64,000 nucleotides of DNA from Spirochaetia bacterium. Lineage in GTDB: Bacteria > Spirochaetota > Spirochaetia > CADAEX01. A program made the position numbers and the translations under genes. Below are positions 38,906 to 48,882 of the stretch, piece by piece. Every line of letters begins with the position of its first letter. Position 1 is the first letter of the stretch. The stretch is taken from positions 2,848,001-2,912,000 of the forward strand of contig OY759746.1 of NCBI GenBank assembly GCA_963662795.1. Direction: 5' to 3'. The notes below the pieces were generated by a model, which ran no database searches, had not been told where the DNA came from, and was given only the letters and a program-made list of their open reading frames with translations.

Positions 38906-38934
38906 AATATATCATTGAAAAAAAAAAGAGTCAA
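38906..38934 (-). promoter_or_regulatory. Sigma70 promoter for the infC operon
   Basis: TTGACT-17 nt (contains T10)-TATATT with a TGn extension. Confidence 0.65.
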
Positions 38935-38990
38935 ACGGTAACATAATAGATAGTTGCAAAAACAGGTAATAGATAATAAAATCTGTGTCC

Positions 38991-39635
38991 ATGACACTAT
39001 TTTCAATACTGCTTTTTCCGCTTTCATCTCTATGGTTAATTTCAGGAAAACCTGAAACAGACAGGCTTAAACAGATATGGAATGATTTCAGGGATTACTA
39101 TCTTCACGGCATATTCTATTTTATCCCTGCTATTTTAATTGTTAACCTTCTTACCGGTTTTTTAAACAGGACATATTCACTGGCAAACATTTATTTGTAC
39201 CACTTTTTTACAGATTTTTTTTATTTTCAGCTGATTTCAACAGCCTTCTGCCTCTTTAATTTTCGCAATATGATGTATGCAGGGCCTGATGAGAAAATGA
39301 AACACTATTTTTTATTTTTCTCGGGATTTTTTACAGCTCTTACTGTTTATTCAGCACTGCACAATAACAGTTATGGTGATATTTATTCTTATTTTATCCT
39401 GCCTGCCGCCTGGCTATTAATGGCCGGCTTTACAGTTTTTTTTCTTGTTTACAGGGAAATGGAAAGCGGTATTGTTAAGGGATTATTCATCAGCGGCTTA
39501 TTCCTGTTTCCGGCTGCTGCGGCATTAATACCTTTTTTCTTCTATATTAGACAATACGCCGCATCAGGTTTAATACAATTTCTGCTTGTACTATGCGGAT
39601 ATTTTCTGGTGAAAATTAACAGGGTCGACTTATAG
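38991..39635 (+). CDS. Integral membrane protein, about 6-7 TM
   Basis: Hydrophobic throughout; TTGCAA-17-TAAAAT ends 8 nt before ATG 38991. Confidence 0.75.
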   Translation: MTLFSILLFPLSSLWLISGKPETDRLKQIWNDFRDYYLHGIFYFIPAILIVNLLTGFLNRTYSLANIYLYHFFTDFFYFQLISTAFCLFNFRNMMYAGPDEKMKHYFLFFSGFFTALTVYSALHNNSYGDIYSYFILPAAWLLMAGFTVFFLVYREMESGIVKGLFISGLFLFPAAAALIPFFFYIRQYAASGLIQFLLVLCGYFLVKINRVDL

Positions 39636-39852
39636 GCAGATGAAAAATATCCGAACCTGAGCGGCTGCCTTGCTTCATTCAATTGAAATTTTGTAAAACC
39701 GTTCATAAGCCCATTTACTTGACATCGGTAATACTCTTAATTACTATTGGTAATATATATTTATCAGTACAGGCGACGGAACAGGCAGCCAGGCTGAAAA
39801 TATTTTTAAAAACATATTTTTTTACCCATAAAAAATATTCAGGAGGAAAATC

Positions 39853-41136
39853 ATGGGAAATTATAATAAAGATTTCGAGAAAGCGCTCGAAATCGGACGT
39901 CCACCCAATATCAAAAAGCTTTTTCCCAATTCAAAAGCTCTTATTGTAAGCGGTAAAGTCATTGACAGGGCAATGCTTGGCAAAGGGAAGGCAATGACTA
40001 TTGCCGCAAACGGAAGAAGCAGTTTTGTTATTAAAGGGGCCCTGATGGCTGCCCAGAAGGCAAATGCCGGAATAATTATTGAAATCGCGAAGTCCGAAGG
40101 CGGCGCATCTTCTTACTGTCCTGTAAGTTACTGGAATATGGCTATGTATGTAGATTCACTCTGCAATGAGCTTGGAATCACTGTTCCTGTTGCTGTCCAT
40201 GCGGACCACTATGGAATCAAGGACGACAAGGATATTGAAGCTGCAAGAACAGAAATCCCCAGTATGTTTGATGCAGGTATTACTTCCATTGCAGTTGATG
40301 CATCACATCTTCCTGATGATAAAAATCTTCTTGCAAATCTTGAGCTCAACAAATATATTCCCTCATGGGCAGGTCTTGAAACTGAAGTCGGAGAAATAAA
40401 AGGGTCAACCGGCCTTTCAACACTCAAGGAAGCCTCTTTCCTTATCGCAGGGCTTAACGCACATGGTATTTTCCCTGACTGGATTGCGCTTAATAACGGT
40501 ACAACACACGGTATTGAGGCAAGCGATGCAGGTATTCAGGTGGAGCTTACTGCGGATATCCACAAAGGGCTTGAAAAATACGGCATTTCCGGCGCCCAGC
40601 ACGGTACATCCGGCAACAGCTCTGAAAGATTAAGGGCAATTGCGCAGAATACCCATACAACCAAGGCAAATGTTGCAACAGCTCTCCAGATGATCTCCTG
40701 GGGTCTTGAAGTAAATGATTACGGCAACGCAATACTTGATTCTAACGGCAATTTCATAAAAGTCAAAAATGAAGGGCTTACTGAAGAGATGTGGAAAAAA
40801 GTAGTTGCCTATGCTGATGAAAAAGGGTGGAAAAAAGGCGATTACAAAAAACTCAACCTTCCTTTTGAAAACAAATTCTGCGGACAGCCTGCAGATGTAA
40901 GGGACAGAATGGCAAAAAGGGTAGAGGATTTTGTCTATGGCATACTTGTAAGTGTATTCAATGCCAAAGACACTGCTCCACTTGCAATTGAGGCTATTCT
41001 TAAGGCCGGTTCATACGATCTTGGGCCTAAAGGAAAGAAAATCGAGAATCCGGCAGACTGGACACCCGCTAAAATTGCTGAAAAAGCTAAATTGCTCGAC
41101 GGTGATAAAGGCACAGCCGGTAATTTTGACGACTGA
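39853..41136 (+). CDS. fba: Class II fructose/ketose-bisphosphate aldolase, long subfamily
   Basis: HADHY, VDASH, ETEVGEI, NNGTTHG, QHGTSG, KANVAT; strong SD AGGAGG; promoter TTGACA-17-TACTAT at about 39719. Confidence 0.88.
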   Translation: MGNYNKDFEKALEIGRPPNIKKLFPNSKALIVSGKVIDRAMLGKGKAMTIAANGRSSFVIKGALMAAQKANAGIIIEIAKSEGGASSYCPVSYWNMAMYVDSLCNELGITVPVAVHADHYGIKDDKDIEAARTEIPSMFDAGITSIAVDASHLPDDKNLLANLELNKYIPSWAGLETEVGEIKGSTGLSTLKEASFLIAGLNAHGIFPDWIALNNGTTHGIEASDAGIQVELTADIHKGLEKYGISGAQHGTSGNSSERLRAIAQNTHTTKANVATALQMISWGLEVNDYGNAILDSNGNFIKVKNEGLTEEMWKKVVAYADEKGWKKGDYKKLNLPFENKFCGQPADVRDRMAKRVEDFVYGILVSVFNAKDTAPLAIEAILKAGSYDLGPKGKKIENPADWTPAKIAEKAKLLDGDKGTAGNFDD

Positions 41137-41148
41137 TTCCAATAAATC

Positions 41149-41177
41149 ATGCCCCTCATCGAGGGGCATTTTTCTTT
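41149..41177 (+). terminator. Intrinsic terminator after fba
   Basis: ATGCCCCTC-atc-GAGGGGCAT followed by a T-run. Confidence 0.85.
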
Positions 41178-41192
41178 CACAGCTGGAAGTCC

Positions 41193-42170
41193 ATGTCTGA
41201 AAAAACACTTTATAGCCGGATTAAAGAAATACGCAGGATAAAATCAATATTTACGTCAGTTTCAGCCCTTCCTTTTCTGGTATTGCTTATATCTCTTATA
41301 ACAGTTGCTGCAGCATATTACCTCTCATCTGAGCAGGTCTATTTTATATATGATCCTTATACAATTGAAACATCAGGTATGGGATTAAAAGATATAAGAA
41401 AAAAAGGGATCAGGGAGCGGGTCGATTTTACATTTTTTGAAACAACTTACAGTGAGTTTGACAAATTCTATAGTGTTTTTTCCCGCCGGGATGACGGTAA
41501 AAAAAGGATTGTCCTTACATCGCATCTTTATTCGATGATTAAAAATGAAGAAACTTATGCTTCTTTTTTAAAAAACAGAAGAGTTTATTTATTCGGGCCA
41601 CTTTTTGATTATAATACTGATGAGGAATCAGGTATCAGCGTTTCCCCGGAATTTTCAGAAAAAAAGGGGTTATCAGGTATCTGGAGCGGTATTGAAAAAG
41701 TTTTTTTCCTTCTTCCGCAGGATGTTTATGGAAAAGAAGAAAATACTGAACCTGAAAAACAGCTGATTTCCTGGTTGAAAGAGAGTTTTATTGCAGTTAA
41801 CCCTGAAGGAAAGACATATTTCCAATTACTGGATGAAGACATTATAGCACAGGCAGATCTTCCTCACAGGTCTGAAAGAGACTTATCAGCTCTTTCTGTG
41901 TTGTGCATAAGGTCCTTAAACAGCAATTCAGGAAGTCTGATTGAAAATTATCACGCTAATATGATGATTTTCGATTTTATCAACATAAAAAACCTCCCGA
42001 CTCCCATTAAACCGGCAGCCCCTTTAAAGACAGCTATTGCAGGATTATTGAGCTATGATTATAATCTTTCCCTGCAAAGGATTATTTTTCCTGTAAAAGG
42101 GGCAATTATGTCAGGTATGGTAAATTATCATCCTGTTTTTACATTGAGGGTTATCGGTCAAAAAAAATAA
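41193..42170 (+). CDS. Hypothetical membrane-anchored protein
   Basis: 325-aa ORF with one N-terminal TM segment. Confidence 0.65.
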   Translation: MSEKTLYSRIKEIRRIKSIFTSVSALPFLVLLISLITVAAAYYLSSEQVYFIYDPYTIETSGMGLKDIRKKGIRERVDFTFFETTYSEFDKFYSVFSRRDDGKKRIVLTSHLYSMIKNEETYASFLKNRRVYLFGPLFDYNTDEESGISVSPEFSEKKGLSGIWSGIEKVFFLLPQDVYGKEENTEPEKQLISWLKESFIAVNPEGKTYFQLLDEDIIAQADLPHRSERDLSALSVLCIRSLNSNSGSLIENYHANMMIFDFINIKNLPTPIKPAAPLKTAIAGLLSYDYNLSLQRIIFPVKGAIMSGMVNYHPVFTLRVIGQKK

Positions 42171-42175
42171 AATAT

Positions 42176-42204
42176 TTGACAAAGAATCCTGTAAGAAATA
42201 TAAT
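42176..42204 (+). promoter_or_regulatory. Perfect-consensus sigma70 promoter for the flaA pair
   Basis: TTGACA-17 nt-TATAAT. Confidence 0.85.
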
Positions 42205-42246
42205 CAAATCTAAGTAAGATATAAGCGGTATTTTTCGCAAAAGGAG

Positions 42247-42981
42247 ATGGTAATGACACGAGCCGGCCTGATTTTTGGCTTATTTATTTTGATGTCTGTG
42301 CTACTCGCTTTACCGGTTACGGCTGATGAAGAAACAGAAAACTTGGTTTCAAGCATTCTGGATGATTTTGATAACCCGGATCAGAGCAAGTGGATAATAG
42401 TTGGTAGTAAGTTTACTACCGAAGGATACCCTAAAACAGCTTATCCAGTTACCTGGCCAGCGGCGTTATACGGGTCCAACAAGGAAGGCAAGGAATACAA
42501 GGTTTTGGGGATTAACGGAAAGTTTGACCGGATGGGATATAATTATATAGAATTGATACCTGACAGAAAGAACGAGAAAGGCGAATATACAGGTATTCCT
42601 ATTCCCGGAAGATGCAAGGTCCTTGACCTGTGGACATGGGGATCAAACTATGATTATTATCTTGAAGCTCATTTAACCGATTACAGGGGAGTAACACACG
42701 TTCTTCCGCTCGGTAATCTTAATTATGAAGGCTGGAAAAATCTGAAAGTTCAAATACCCGGGTACATCCCCCAGGGAAGGACATATATTCCTAAATTAAA
42801 ACAGCTCAGCCTTGTTAAACTTGTAATGTGGACAAGACCTGCTGAGAGGGTAGATGATTTTTATATCTATTTTGATCAGATCAAGGTTCTTACAGATGTA
42901 TTTATATCCCGGTTTGACGGTGATGATCTGTCCCAGCCAGAAACTGTTCAGGAAATCTGGGCTGATGCGGGAGGAAAATGA
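42247..42981 (+). CDS. flaA: Flagellar filament outer layer (sheath) protein FlaA
   Basis: Signal peptide; IPIPGR..LDLWTWGSNYDYYLE, LGNLNYEGWKNL, YFDQIKV. Confidence 0.92.
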   Translation: MVMTRAGLIFGLFILMSVLLALPVTADEETENLVSSILDDFDNPDQSKWIIVGSKFTTEGYPKTAYPVTWPAALYGSNKEGKEYKVLGINGKFDRMGYNYIELIPDRKNEKGEYTGIPIPGRCKVLDLWTWGSNYDYYLEAHLTDYRGVTHVLPLGNLNYEGWKNLKVQIPGYIPQGRTYIPKLKQLSLVKLVMWTRPAERVDDFYIYFDQIKVLTDVFISRFDGDDLSQPETVQEIWADAGGK

Positions 42982-43697
42982 TGAAAAAAATAATGATTGC
43001 ATTGATATTGGTACTTGTTTTTTCAGGATCAGCAGCGATTTTTGCCCAGACACGGGAAGCCGGAGAACCTGTTCCGGAAAACATCGGTGTTGACTCTGCC
43101 CAGCAGAAACTCAAGGAAGTTTCCATTACCAAGTTTGAAGATCCAGCTTTTTTCTATACATCAATGTCCCGTGACGAGGGATTTGTTATTACAAGAAAAC
43201 TTCCAGGCTCACCTCTTGAAAAAGCTCCGATAGAAGATGAGGAACAGCTTGGAATTAATGAAGAAGATAAATATGTTCTGGGTTTAAAGGTTCATTATGA
43301 CAGAAGGGGTGTCAATTCCTTCGCTGTAATGCCGGTAAAACCTCTTCCTATACCTGGAGTAACAAAAACCATCTCAGTATGGGTTGCCGGAAGAAACAAC
43401 AATCATGTTTTAAGTATTATTCTGCTTGATTTTTTCAATAATCCGCAAGAGCTTGTTGTAGGTAAAATGAATTTCTCAGGCTGGAAAAAACTTACTGTAG
43501 CTGTTCCTCCGAATATTATTCAGAGGGATTTTCACTATGCAAATGTAAACGGGATAAAATTCGCAGGTTTCAGGGTAGACTGTGATCCGGTCGATACCTA
43601 TGGAGTTTACTATGCGTATTTTGATGATCTCAGGGTTGTAACTGACCTCTTTTCGGAAGAGAGCAGGGATATTGATGATATGGCAGACGGCTGGTGA
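42978..43697 (+). CDS. flaA: Flagellar filament outer layer (sheath) protein FlaA, second paralogue
   Basis: Signal peptide; PIPGVTKTISVWVAGRN, MNFSGWKKL, YFDDLRVVTD; ATGA overlap with the first flaA. Confidence 0.92.
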   Translation: MMKKIMIALILVLVFSGSAAIFAQTREAGEPVPENIGVDSAQQKLKEVSITKFEDPAFFYTSMSRDEGFVITRKLPGSPLEKAPIEDEEQLGINEEDKYVLGLKVHYDRRGVNSFAVMPVKPLPIPGVTKTISVWVAGRNNNHVLSIILLDFFNNPQELVVGKMNFSGWKKLTVAVPPNIIQRDFHYANVNGIKFAGFRVDCDPVDTYGVYYAYFDDLRVVTDLFSEESRDIDDMADGW

Positions 43698-43753
43698 TAA
43701 GCTGTAAAACAAGGATCGGGCTGATTTAATATCGCCCGGCATAAAAAAGGGGG

Positions 43754-43789
43754 GCTGTCCAGATGCATTAGCATGGACAGCTTTTTTTT
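43754..43789 (+). terminator. Intrinsic terminator after the flaA pair
   Basis: GCTGTCCA/TGGACAGC stem followed by T8. Confidence 0.8.
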
Positions 43790-43875
43790 GTTTTCCGCAC
43801 AGTATGGCATTAACTTTTTATTAGTGATATATTGGGTTTAGTGTTGACATTGAGTTTATTTACTGGAGAAATCAA

Positions 43876-44253
43876 GTGCAGATTGATATTGGGGCAGGAA
43901 CAGTGATTGGAGCAAATTCTGTTTTTGAAGGCAGATTCGCTGTAAAAGGTAATCTCAGAATAGATGGAAGATTTGAAGGGACCGCCCTTCGTGTTGACCA
44001 GCTTCAGGTAGGCCCTGAAGGAAAAGTTAAGGCAGACATAACAGCTACCAATGTTGTAGTTGAGGGTATTGTAATCGGCAATATTACTGCCACGACAAGA
44101 ATATTACTTCTTTCAACGGCAAGGGTATTGGGAGACTTAAGGACTCCTGAACTTATCATACAGGACGGTGTTGTTCTTGAAGGAAAATGCACCATCAGCA
44201 GGATGGAGCTTGACAGTACAAAGGATTATATCGAAAAACTTTATAAGAAATAG
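43876..44253 (+). CDS. Bactofilin (polymer-forming cytoskeletal protein)
   Basis: TVIG...FEG, LRIDG.FEG, V.ADI.A..VVVEG.V.GNI.A, GVVLEG. Confidence 0.93.
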   Translation: MQIDIGAGTVIGANSVFEGRFAVKGNLRIDGRFEGTALRVDQLQVGPEGKVKADITATNVVVEGIVIGNITATTRILLLSTARVLGDLRTPELIIQDGVVLEGKCTISRMELDSTKDYIEKLYKK

Positions 44254-45460
44254 GGTTTTTAAATCCCTAAGGACTTCGGCTTTTTTCCTTTTATTTATTA
44301 TTGCAGCTTTGCCGGTTAAAGCGCAGCAGCTTGTTTTCAGCCCCTCCGCAGCCGGTGTTTATAAGAAAAGAACTGTATATAACCTTAGAATAAAGGAAAA
44401 CAGCACTTATAAAGGTTCTGTATACAGAGAGGTCAGGGAAAAATACTCACTTGTCTCGGAAGAAAATAATATAAAAACATTTGAAGGCAATACTTTCGTT
44501 TTTGAAGAACTTAAAAATGAAGGAAGAGATAAAGCCGGAAAGATTGATGATACGATTGAAGGCAGCTTTATTCTCTCTCCTGACGGGTCAATAAAAAGGG
44601 GAGCCGGCAGCAGTTTCCCTTTTTTAACCGGCTTTCCTGTTTATCCGGCTGATACATCGCTGAAACAGGATCAGATGTGGACTTCCACGGGCGATATTCT
44701 GACCGATCCGCTTAAAAAAGGAATTTACACAAGAGTCAGGTTTATCTGCCAGTATAAATATGACGGATTAACACGTTTCAAGGGGCTTGATGTTCATCAG
44801 GTTTCGGCGCAGTATGCCGTCCGCTATAAAAAGGGGGATGACCCGGAAGGTGATAAAGCGCTGATTGATATATCCGGCAGCCATAAGGCTGTAATCTATC
44901 TCACTGCCCTTGAAGGACTCCCTTATTTTATACAGGATAATATTGATGAGACATACCGCTATTCTGACCTCACTTACAGCCAGAAAGGGTTTTCGCATAC
45001 CTGGTACACCGATGTTATTCCGATGAAAAGGGGTGATGTCAAGGAAGAGATTTTCCGGGCCATGACAGACAGCGGACTTGAAAGTGACGGTTATTCAGTT
45101 GAGGAGAAAAGAGAAGGAGTATCCCTTACAGTCAATAAAATTCACTTTGTCCCTGACAGCGATCAGCTCCTGCCGGGAGAGGATAAAAAAATCCGGACCA
45201 TTGCAGGTGTGCTGCTTAAAATCCCGGAAAGAAGTTTTCTTGTTACAGGCCATACTGCCGATGTGGGAAGCGCTGAAAGCCAGCTTGAACTTTCTGTCAG
45301 CAGGGCCCAAAAGATTGCGCAGATGCTCGTTTTATACGGCATAGGGCCTGATAAACTGATATATAAAGGAATGGGGGGAAAAGAGCCTGTTTCAGACAAC
45401 AGCAGCGAAGAGGGAAGGGCAAAAAACCGGCGTGTCGAAATTATCATCCTTGAAGATTAA
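44210..45460 (+). CDS. Exported OmpA-family peptidoglycan-binding protein (start uncertain)
   Basis: IHFVPDS, VTGHTAD, LSVSRA, NRRVEIII; TTG 44210 chosen for an upstream AGGA. Confidence 0.88.
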   Translation: MTVQRIISKNFIRNRVFKSLRTSAFFLLFIIAALPVKAQQLVFSPSAAGVYKKRTVYNLRIKENSTYKGSVYREVREKYSLVSEENNIKTFEGNTFVFEELKNEGRDKAGKIDDTIEGSFILSPDGSIKRGAGSSFPFLTGFPVYPADTSLKQDQMWTSTGDILTDPLKKGIYTRVRFICQYKYDGLTRFKGLDVHQVSAQYAVRYKKGDDPEGDKALIDISGSHKAVIYLTALEGLPYFIQDNIDETYRYSDLTYSQKGFSHTWYTDVIPMKRGDVKEEIFRAMTDSGLESDGYSVEEKREGVSLTVNKIHFVPDSDQLLPGEDKKIRTIAGVLLKIPERSFLVTGHTADVGSAESQLELSVSRAQKIAQMLVLYGIGPDKLIYKGMGGKEPVSDNSSEEGRAKNRRVEIIILED

Positions 45461-45464
45461 AAAA

Positions 45465-45496
45465 GGGGGAGAGTCGTTTGAAAACGGCTTCTCCCC
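45465..45496. terminator. Hairpin between the convergent ompA-like gene and eno
   Basis: GGGGAGAGTCGTT/AACGGCTTCTCCCC stem; the preceding A-run gives a U-tail for eno. Confidence 0.7.
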
Positions 45497-45516
45497 GTGT
45501 ATGAAATACTTATCTG

Positions 45517-46893
<1,377 letters not shown>

Positions 46894-47011
46894 TTAATGA
46901 TATTCCCCCCTCGCCGCTGTATGATATATCCTGTATCTCCCGGGATTTGAAGCAGATTTCCGCTTTCCCTGTATATTACATAGTATAGTAGTAAACTGGA
47001 GGAAAGGGATT

Positions 47012-47395
47012 ATGGGAGAAGCTTTAATGAAGGAAGAGCAGCTTGAGGCTATAGGAGATTATATCAAAAAGCACATAGCGGACTGGATAAAGGAATACAA
47101 TGTCCTGCCTTTCCCTACAGGAGGAGCTGCGCCTCAGGCTGAAGTACGTGGATTTGATATTTCCCTTACTGAAAGGATTATCAGGGTAGAAGAAGCCATT
47201 AAGCATCAGGGTGAACTTATTGAAAAGATACTCCACCAGATGGACAAGCGGTTTGAGCAGATTGACAGGAGATTTGAACAGGTAGACAAGAGATTCGAAG
47301 ATATGAATAAACGGGTCATCCAGATGTTTATTTACCTGACGACTATATTTATCGTGATAGGAACGCTTGTTTCCGTATTCGGTTTAGTGAAATAA
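47012..47395 (+). CDS. Coiled-coil protein with DKRFEQ heptad repeats and a C-terminal TM anchor (DUF1640/CCDC90-like)
   Basis: MDKRFEQ-IDRRFEQ-VDKRFED-MNKR followed by a hydrophobic C-terminus. Confidence 0.75.
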   Translation: MGEALMKEEQLEAIGDYIKKHIADWIKEYNVLPFPTGGAAPQAEVRGFDISLTERIIRVEEAIKHQGELIEKILHQMDKRFEQIDRRFEQVDKRFEDMNKRVIQMFIYLTTIFIVIGTLVSVFGLVK

Positions 47396-47396
47396 A

Positions 47397-47815
47397 TTAT
47401 AGCCCTTCAGGGTAATTTTTTATCTTTTCCCACATTCTTAACCCATTGATATTGAAGAAGTGTGTGTCAAAAGTAATTAACTTGGCACCTGTTTCTATTG
47501 CGTGGGCGGCTTTCCAGATATCGTTCAGCGGTATCATTTTGCCCTTTCTGCTTAATTCAGATTTGATTTCTCCGAATATTTCTGATGTCCCAATAGTGAC
47601 GTTAATTATTGTTACACTTTCTTTACCCAGGAAAGTTTTAAGTTCATTTTTATTTTCTGAGAATTTTTTTTGCCCCCGCTGAATCCGGCAAAAAGCTCTC
47701 CAGGCATAACAGTAGAAATATAAATAATTTCTGATTCTGCAATCTAATCAAAAACCAGCTGATTTCCAGTCATGAAATTGCTGTAGGCATTTGTATCAAG
47801 CAGTATTTTTGTCAT
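47397..47815 (-). pseudogene. vapC: Frameshifted PIN-domain toxin (VapC) pseudogene
   Basis: MTKILLDTNAYS start, then an early TGA; downstream frames give ISTVMPGEL and KGKMIPLNDIWKAAHAIETGAKLITFDTHF; several indels plus an in-frame TAG. Confidence 0.85.
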
Positions 47816-47820
47816 TATTG

Positions 47821-47976
47821 CTAATCTGCCCCGTTCACTTTTTCCAAATCAGATAATAATGTGTCATGCAGTATTTGTTTAACAGTGCGGTTCTGGCTCA
47901 AGCCGTATTCTTTAGATTTTTCGGATATTTTTTTATCGAGATTGCTGTCAATACCATGAATTGTTATTGATTTCAT
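47821..47976 (-). CDS. Ribbon-helix-helix antitoxin (VapB/FitA-like), 51 aa, possibly truncated
   Basis: MKSITIHGIDSNLDKKISEKSKEYGLSQNRTVKQIL; SD GGAGG; directly upstream of the vapC remnant; missed by the track. Confidence 0.75.
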   Translation of the reverse strand: MKSITIHGIDSNLDKKISEKSKEYGLSQNRTVKQILHDTLLSDLEKVNGAD

Positions 47977-48032
47977 TTGAATCCTCCCGTGAACCACTTT
48001 TTAATCATATTATAGTTCATAATAAGTATGTT

Positions 48033-48695
48033 TTATTCCCTCATCAAGCCGTATTCCTTAAGGACAGGTGCGATATCTGTTATGTAGCGAACTGATTTTA
48101 TGCCGGGGCTGGGCTGCCTGTTTTCTCCTTTCTCGCAGATGAGGATAGAGTTGCCCCCGATTGAACGGAAGACTTCTGTAAAGCGGGGAATATCGTCAAT
48201 AAACAGGACTTCTGACGGAGAGATCTTTAAAAAATCAAGTGCATTCTCAAAGGCTGAAAGGTTCGGTTTCCCCCTGTAATTGTTGAATACAAGGTCAAAA
48301 ATATTTTCGAAATATCCACTTATTTCAAGGTATTCAGTAACATTAAGGGCATGCTGTGCCCATGAGTTTGTAAGGATTGAGCACGGAACAGTAACCTTTG
48401 AAAGCATTTCGGCAAGAAGGGGGTTTTGGGGGAAAAAACCGGTGAAATCTGTCGGATGTACTGCCATGAAGAATGCCTCGATACCCTCATCTTTAAGCCC
48501 TTTGCCCCGCCTCAGCCAGTCAAGCGTTGAATCATAGCTCCTGTCCCGTCCCGCCCTTAAGCGTGAGGCCTCTTTTACCGTAACATTAAGGAATCCGGCA
48601 GTGAAAATGTTCATTCTCCTTATCATTTCGGCTTCAATACGGGAAGAGGCCGGATACAGGGTCTGGTCAGCGTCAAAGAGTATATATTTAATCAT
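48033..48695 (-). CDS. HAD-superfamily hydrolase (pyrimidine 5'-nucleotidase-like)
   Basis: FDADQTLY (motif I), LTNS, KP, FIDD. Confidence 0.88.
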   Translation of the reverse strand: MIKYILFDADQTLYPASSRIEAEMIRRMNIFTAGFLNVTVKEASRLRAGRDRSYDSTLDWLRRGKGLKDEGIEAFFMAVHPTDFTGFFPQNPLLAEMLSKVTVPCSILTNSWAQHALNVTEYLEISGYFENIFDLVFNNYRGKPNLSAFENALDFLKISPSEVLFIDDIPRFTEVFRSIGGNSILICEKGENRQPSPGIKSVRYITDIAPVLKEYGLMRE

Positions 48696-48780
48696 ATAAA
48701 GGGATTTGAGCATTAAAAAGGCAATAATTCAACAATTTACGGCAATAATTTTGCTTAAATTATTATTTTTTTAATTTTTC

Positions 48781-48809
48781 TTGACTTTAAAAATTAACAT
48801 TGATATAAT
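48781..48809 (+). promoter_or_regulatory. Strong sigma70 promoter for the outer-membrane protein gene
   Basis: TTGACT-17 nt-TATAAT with a TGn extension and AT-rich upstream element. Confidence 0.75.
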
Positions 48810-48882
48810 TTTTTTCGATAGATATTAAGGGAGTTTATTCAGGCTGTGAGCTTGAATCCCAATTATTAAAAGGAGAAGTAAG

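Noticed and set aside
39683-39949. 88-aa ORF upstream of fba as a leader peptide
   Set aside because: It spans the fba promoter and SD, has no SD of its own and no recognisable features.
47446-47682. 78-aa plus-strand ORF
   Set aside because: It is the antisense shadow of the vapC pseudogene.
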